This document shows positions 60,260 through 64,000 of a stretch of DNA of 64,000 nt, in pieces. The position numbers and the translations under genes were made by a program. The DNA is taken from positions 1-64,000 of IMG/VR virus record IMGVR_UViG_3300034102_002101; one strand, 5' to 3'. Below the pieces are notes generated by a model. That model saw nothing but the letters and a program-made list of their open reading frames with translations, did not search any database and was not told the origin of the DNA. The stretch comes from a virus. Positions within the stretch are counted from its first letter, which is position 1. Each line of letters opens with the position of its first letter.

Positions 60260-60694
60260 ATGACTACGAAAGAATTACGATCAATAATACAGGAAATAGT
60301 TGCTAAGGAAATAAAAGAACAATTTCCAGCACTTATTAGTGAGATATTAGGAAGCAAGAACGCGAAGTTACCATTACAACGCAGAGAATTCGCACCAATA
60401 GCGGAGCAGAAGAGATCAACAGTGACAATAAAAACAGGAAATCCAGCACTCGACAAGATACTATCAGAAACTACTGGTCTCCCTAGGGAAGCATCTTCTC
60501 CAAACGTATCCAGTGAATTTGGTTTGATTGGGGAAGGTACTGTTATTCCACAGACAGATATAAATGGGAATGAGGTCAATATAGATGCCCTACCAGAATC
60601 AATATCAAACATATTTAAGAAAGATTATTCGGCATTACTAAAAAAAGCAGATAGCATAGCAAAGAAGACACATCGTGGCAACTCCCCTCTATAA
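60260..60694 (+). CDS. Hypothetical late protein
   Basis: ELRSIIQE N-terminus, NPALDKILSET, KDYSALLK. Confidence 0.7.
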   Translation: MTTKELRSIIQEIVAKEIKEQFPALISEILGSKNAKLPLQRREFAPIAEQKRSTVTIKTGNPALDKILSETTGLPREASSPNVSSEFGLIGEGTVIPQTDINGNEVNIDALPESISNIFKKDYSALLKKADSIAKKTHRGNSPL

Positions 60695-61088
60695 AAAGTC
60701 ACCTGTCGGTATATCATTTCCTATACAACGAGGAAATACTGGGTTTTTTGAACAAACGTTCGATTCTAACGAATCTTCTAAGACAAACATAAAACTATTG
60801 TTATCAACGTATATAGGAGAAAGAAGACTAAATCCATCTTACGGGACAAAGTTATGGACATATCTATTCGAAAACATAGATGACACATCCGAAGAAATAT
60901 TAAAAAACATAATAAGTGAGGATGTCAATAAATGGATACCAGATATTAAAATAATATCTGTTAGTGTAGCAAAAAAAGCAAACTCTGCTGATAATTATAC
61001 ATTTATAATAACCATGACATTTTATTCTTCACAATACGCAAAAGAGTTGCAGGTTTTAAGTGTGGAAAATAGTGTTAGTATCAAATAA
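60675..61088 (+). CDS. Baseplate wedge protein (gp25-like)
   Basis: NIKLLLST..GER..NP.YGT.L..YLFE. Confidence 0.88.
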   Translation: MATPLYKKSPVGISFPIQRGNTGFFEQTFDSNESSKTNIKLLLSTYIGERRLNPSYGTKLWTYLFENIDDTSEEILKNIISEDVNKWIPDIKIISVSVAKKANSADNYTFIITMTFYSSQYAKELQVLSVENSVSIK

Positions 61089-61093
61089 TAACC

Positions 61094-62944
61094 ATGTCAA
61101 CCAATAAAACATTTACACAGAACAAGAAAAATATTTCTTATCTATCCAAGGATTTTAATCAATTAAAACAATCTCTGGTAGATTTTTCTAAGTATTACTA
61201 CCCAAACACATATAAAGATTTTGGTGAAAGTTCTCCCGGTATGATGTTTATAGAATTGGCATCATATGTCGGTGATGTTATGGCATTTTACGCAGATTCT
61301 CAGGTACAGGAAAGCATATTAACATTGGCGACCGAGAGAAAGAACATAATAAACGAAGCTAATTCTGCCGGATATAAAATAAAAAATACGTCTCCGTCAC
61401 AAGTAGTATTGGATGTTTATCAAGTTATTCCGAGCACAGTAGATAGTAATGGTGATACTGTTCCTAATTATAACTATGTACAAACAATAAAAGAAGGAAT
61501 GTCAACGTCAACATCGGACGGTATTTCCTTTATAACTAGCGAAATCATAGATTTTAATGTGGATACATCAATTTCTCCTCGCGAATTATCGGTATTCCAA
61601 AGAGATCAAAATGGTATACCGCAAAATTACATATTAAAGAAAAGCGCGAAAGCTTTTTCCGCGAATAGGAGAGCGATTGACGTTATCATCAATGCAGCGT
61701 CAAAATATTATACAATAAATTTAGAAGAATCTAACGTTATATGTGTAGAAAGTATGGTGGATAGTGATGGGCAGAAATGGTATGAAGTTGATTGTTTGGC
61801 GCAAGAATTGGTACCAATCACCGTAAAAAATAGTTACACAAATAATCAAAATTTATACTTGGAAAAGTCAACAGTCCCATACATATTAAAATACATAAGG
61901 ACATCGAACAGATTCATAACTAGGATAGATACCAACAATTTAACATCGATAGAGTTTGGTGCGGGGACAGATGAGTTATACGATGAGGAGTTCTTGATGT
62001 CTCCAAATAATCTGGCACTTAGTAGCGCAAGAATTAATTCAGCAACAGATCCATCAAATGTACTAAACACAAGAAGCTATGGAAGGGCACCAGCAAATAC
62101 CACATTAACTGTTACGTATCTATATGGTGGTGGAGTAAATACAAATGTATCTGCAAATTCAATAATAAACGTAAATTCTATCGAGTTTGATGGTGATGAT
62201 AGGGATTTAACTGCCGACGAAATTAACACAATAAAAGCAGCGAGAGCGTCTATACGGGTAACTAATCCGTCACCAGCTTCGGGTGGTGGTGACGCAGAAA
62301 CGGATGAGGAGATTAGGAATAACGCAATATCGCATATCAATTCACAGAAGAGAGCAGTGACTGCCGAAGATTATGTACTACGTTGCTATTCATTACCAAC
62401 CAAATATGGTTCAGTTGCCAAGGCTTTTTCAAGAAAATCAGAATTTGGTGTTAATTCTATAGACATATATGTGTTATCATACGACGAGAATAAAAAATTA
62501 ACATCGATAAACTCATCCCTTAGTGAAAATCTAAAGACATATTTAGGTACATATAAGCTAATGACTGATTCCATATCTATTGTAGACGGTAATATTATCA
62601 ACGTAGGAATAGATTTTAAAATATCCGTACAAACAGGTTACTTAAAAAAGGAAGTATTATCCAATTGCATAAAAGTTGTTCAAGGCTTCATGAATATAGA
62701 TAATTGGCAATTCAATCAGCCAATAGACATAAGTAGAATACAGATGGAGATAGGTAATGTTGATGGTGTACAATCCGTTATGTTCGTAAAGGTAAAGAAC
62801 TTAACCAAAGCCGATGGTAACTATTCATTAAACGTATACGATATCGCGTTCGCAACACAGGATAATATAGTATATCCATCTATCGACCCTTGTATATTCG
62901 AATTAAAATATCCAAGTAAAGACGTTCGTGGAGAATACTTATAA
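61094..62944 (+). CDS. Baseplate wedge protein (gp6/J-like)
   Basis: YLSKDF, IELASYVGD, FGAG, GG.DAETDEEIR, Q.RAVT.EDY. Confidence 0.9.
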   Translation: MSTNKTFTQNKKNISYLSKDFNQLKQSLVDFSKYYYPNTYKDFGESSPGMMFIELASYVGDVMAFYADSQVQESILTLATERKNIINEANSAGYKIKNTSPSQVVLDVYQVIPSTVDSNGDTVPNYNYVQTIKEGMSTSTSDGISFITSEIIDFNVDTSISPRELSVFQRDQNGIPQNYILKKSAKAFSANRRAIDVIINAASKYYTINLEESNVICVESMVDSDGQKWYEVDCLAQELVPITVKNSYTNNQNLYLEKSTVPYILKYIRTSNRFITRIDTNNLTSIEFGAGTDELYDEEFLMSPNNLALSSARINSATDPSNVLNTRSYGRAPANTTLTVTYLYGGGVNTNVSANSIINVNSIEFDGDDRDLTADEINTIKAARASIRVTNPSPASGGGDAETDEEIRNNAISHINSQKRAVTAEDYVLRCYSLPTKYGSVAKAFSRKSEFGVNSIDIYVLSYDENKKLTSINSSLSENLKTYLGTYKLMTDSISIVDGNIINVGIDFKISVQTGYLKKEVLSNCIKVVQGFMNIDNWQFNQPIDISRIQMEIGNVDGVQSVMFVKVKNLTKADGNYSLNVYDIAFATQDNIVYPSIDPCIFELKYPSKDVRGEYL

Positions 62945-62946
62945 TT

Positions 62947-64000
62947 ATGCATACGTTTTTATACCCAACAGCTACTACATTTATAAACTCCCAGCCAAGT
63001 TTGATGGATCAAAACATGGGCAAGGATGAAATATTGGAAATAGAAAAGATAGTTACTGATGGTGCTGTTATTATAAGCGGGTCAATCACTAACTTTTCCG
63101 CTTCGGTCTATATATCCAGAACGCTACTAAAATTTGATACTTCTGATATATCTAGGAGTGTTTCTGTCGGTGATATTCCCTTCCCGACGATGCAATTAAA
63201 ATTGTACTCCATCGAGTCTAAAAACATCCGCGATACTTACAAAATAGAATGCTTTCCGATAAGCGGGTCGTGGAGAAATGGTATCGGAAAAAAGTATGAT
63301 GCTTATAATAGCAACTATGGAGTATCGTGGGTAAGCAGGGGAGATAATTCTCTCGGTGATTGGAGTAATGTTGGTGGAGACTTTTATAGTGGGTCACATT
63401 CCTCGGTAATTATAACACAAAAACAGGACATTTCAATCGATGTATCGAACTTGATTTCTGATTTTTTCTCTGGGTCTATTGTGGATGATGGATTTTTGTT
63501 AAAGCTATCGGACGAAACATCGTCGGTAGATTATGGAACAATAAGACATTTCTCCATGAATACCAACACTATATATTCACCATTCCTTGATATTGGTTGG
63601 GATGATTCGGAATATAATATTGTAAGTTCTAGTGTATTAGATTCAAATAAACAAGAATATTTAGTTATACCGAAAAATATAAAAAAAATATATAATGTTG
63701 ATGAAATAGTTAGAATAAATTTAGCCGTTCGCCCGAAGTACGTTAATAAAACTTTCCAGAAATGGCCAAATCAAACATACCCTTATAACGATTATGTTGC
63801 TTCTTACGTGTTACCATCAAGTTCGTATTATGCTATAGTCGATGCCGTAACTAATGAACACATATTAAATTATGATCAATTTACAAAAGTTAGTTCAACA
63901 GATTCCGGCAGTTACTTCTTCGTTGATTTTAGTTGCTTCCCTAGAGAGAGATATTATAAAATTCATATAAAGGTTATAGAAGAAAACCAAACGGTCAATA
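62947..64000 (+). CDS. Virion structural protein, truncated by window edge
   Basis: ATG 62947, open frame to the end (MHTFLYPT...SRTLLKFD...SGSW.NG.G). Confidence 0.7.
   Translation, partial: MHTFLYPTATTFINSQPSLMDQNMGKDEILEIEKIVTDGAVIISGSITNFSASVYISRTLLKFDTSDISRSVSVGDIPFPTMQLKLYSIESKNIRDTYKIECFPISGSWRNGIGKKYDAYNSNYGVSWVSRGDNSLGDWSNVGGDFYSGSHSSVIITQKQDISIDVSNLISDFFSGSIVDDGFLLKLSDETSSVDYGTIRHFSMNTNTIYSPFLDIGWDDSEYNIVSSSVLDSNKQEYLVIPKNIKKIYNVDEIVRINLAVRPKYVNKTFQKWPNQTYPYNDYVASYVLPSSSYYAIVDAVTNEHILNYDQFTKVSSTDSGSYFFVDFSCFPRERYYKIHIKVIEENQTVN

Noticed and set aside
1-64000. Stop-codon reassignment as in some large phages
   Set aside because: Recognisable genes are full length in the standard code and end in TAA, TGA and TAG

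Overview
AT-rich fragment of a large tailed (myovirus-like) bacteriophage genome, almost entirely + strand, standard genetic code. 1-13.7 kb: densely packed small hypothetical early genes (YopX pair, HNH and LAGLIDADG endonucleases, an ACP-like protein lacking the catalytic Ser, an alanyl-tRNA-synthetase-like fragment). 13.7-19.4 kb: RNA/nucleotide-handling island, with a promoter driving two tandem circularly permuted tRNA-like (YrlA/Y-RNA-like) RNAs and a Ro60/TROVE gene, then NDT-like, NADAR, thioredoxin, a 73-nt tRNA-shaped RNA on the minus strand, RNase Z-like and dUTPase genes. 19.4-46 kb: Ser-rich and repeat-rich virion/fibre genes (one GC-rich 1984-aa import, two 14-aa-repeat solenoid paralogs), a sulfotransferase, a solo TnpB with omegaRNA, and an orphan omegaRNA end fused to a truncated RNase Z copy. 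46.5-57 kb: sugar-modification cluster (glycosyltransferases, amidinotransferase, DegT aminotransferase, RmlD, epimerase, deacetylase, two radical SAMs). 57-64 kb: gp55-like late sigma factor and T4-like baseplate genes. Two promoter classes are visible: sigma70-like with a recurrent 16-bp spacer, and an ATATTTATA motif ahead of late genes. All functional calls come from motif recognition by eye; no database searches were run.
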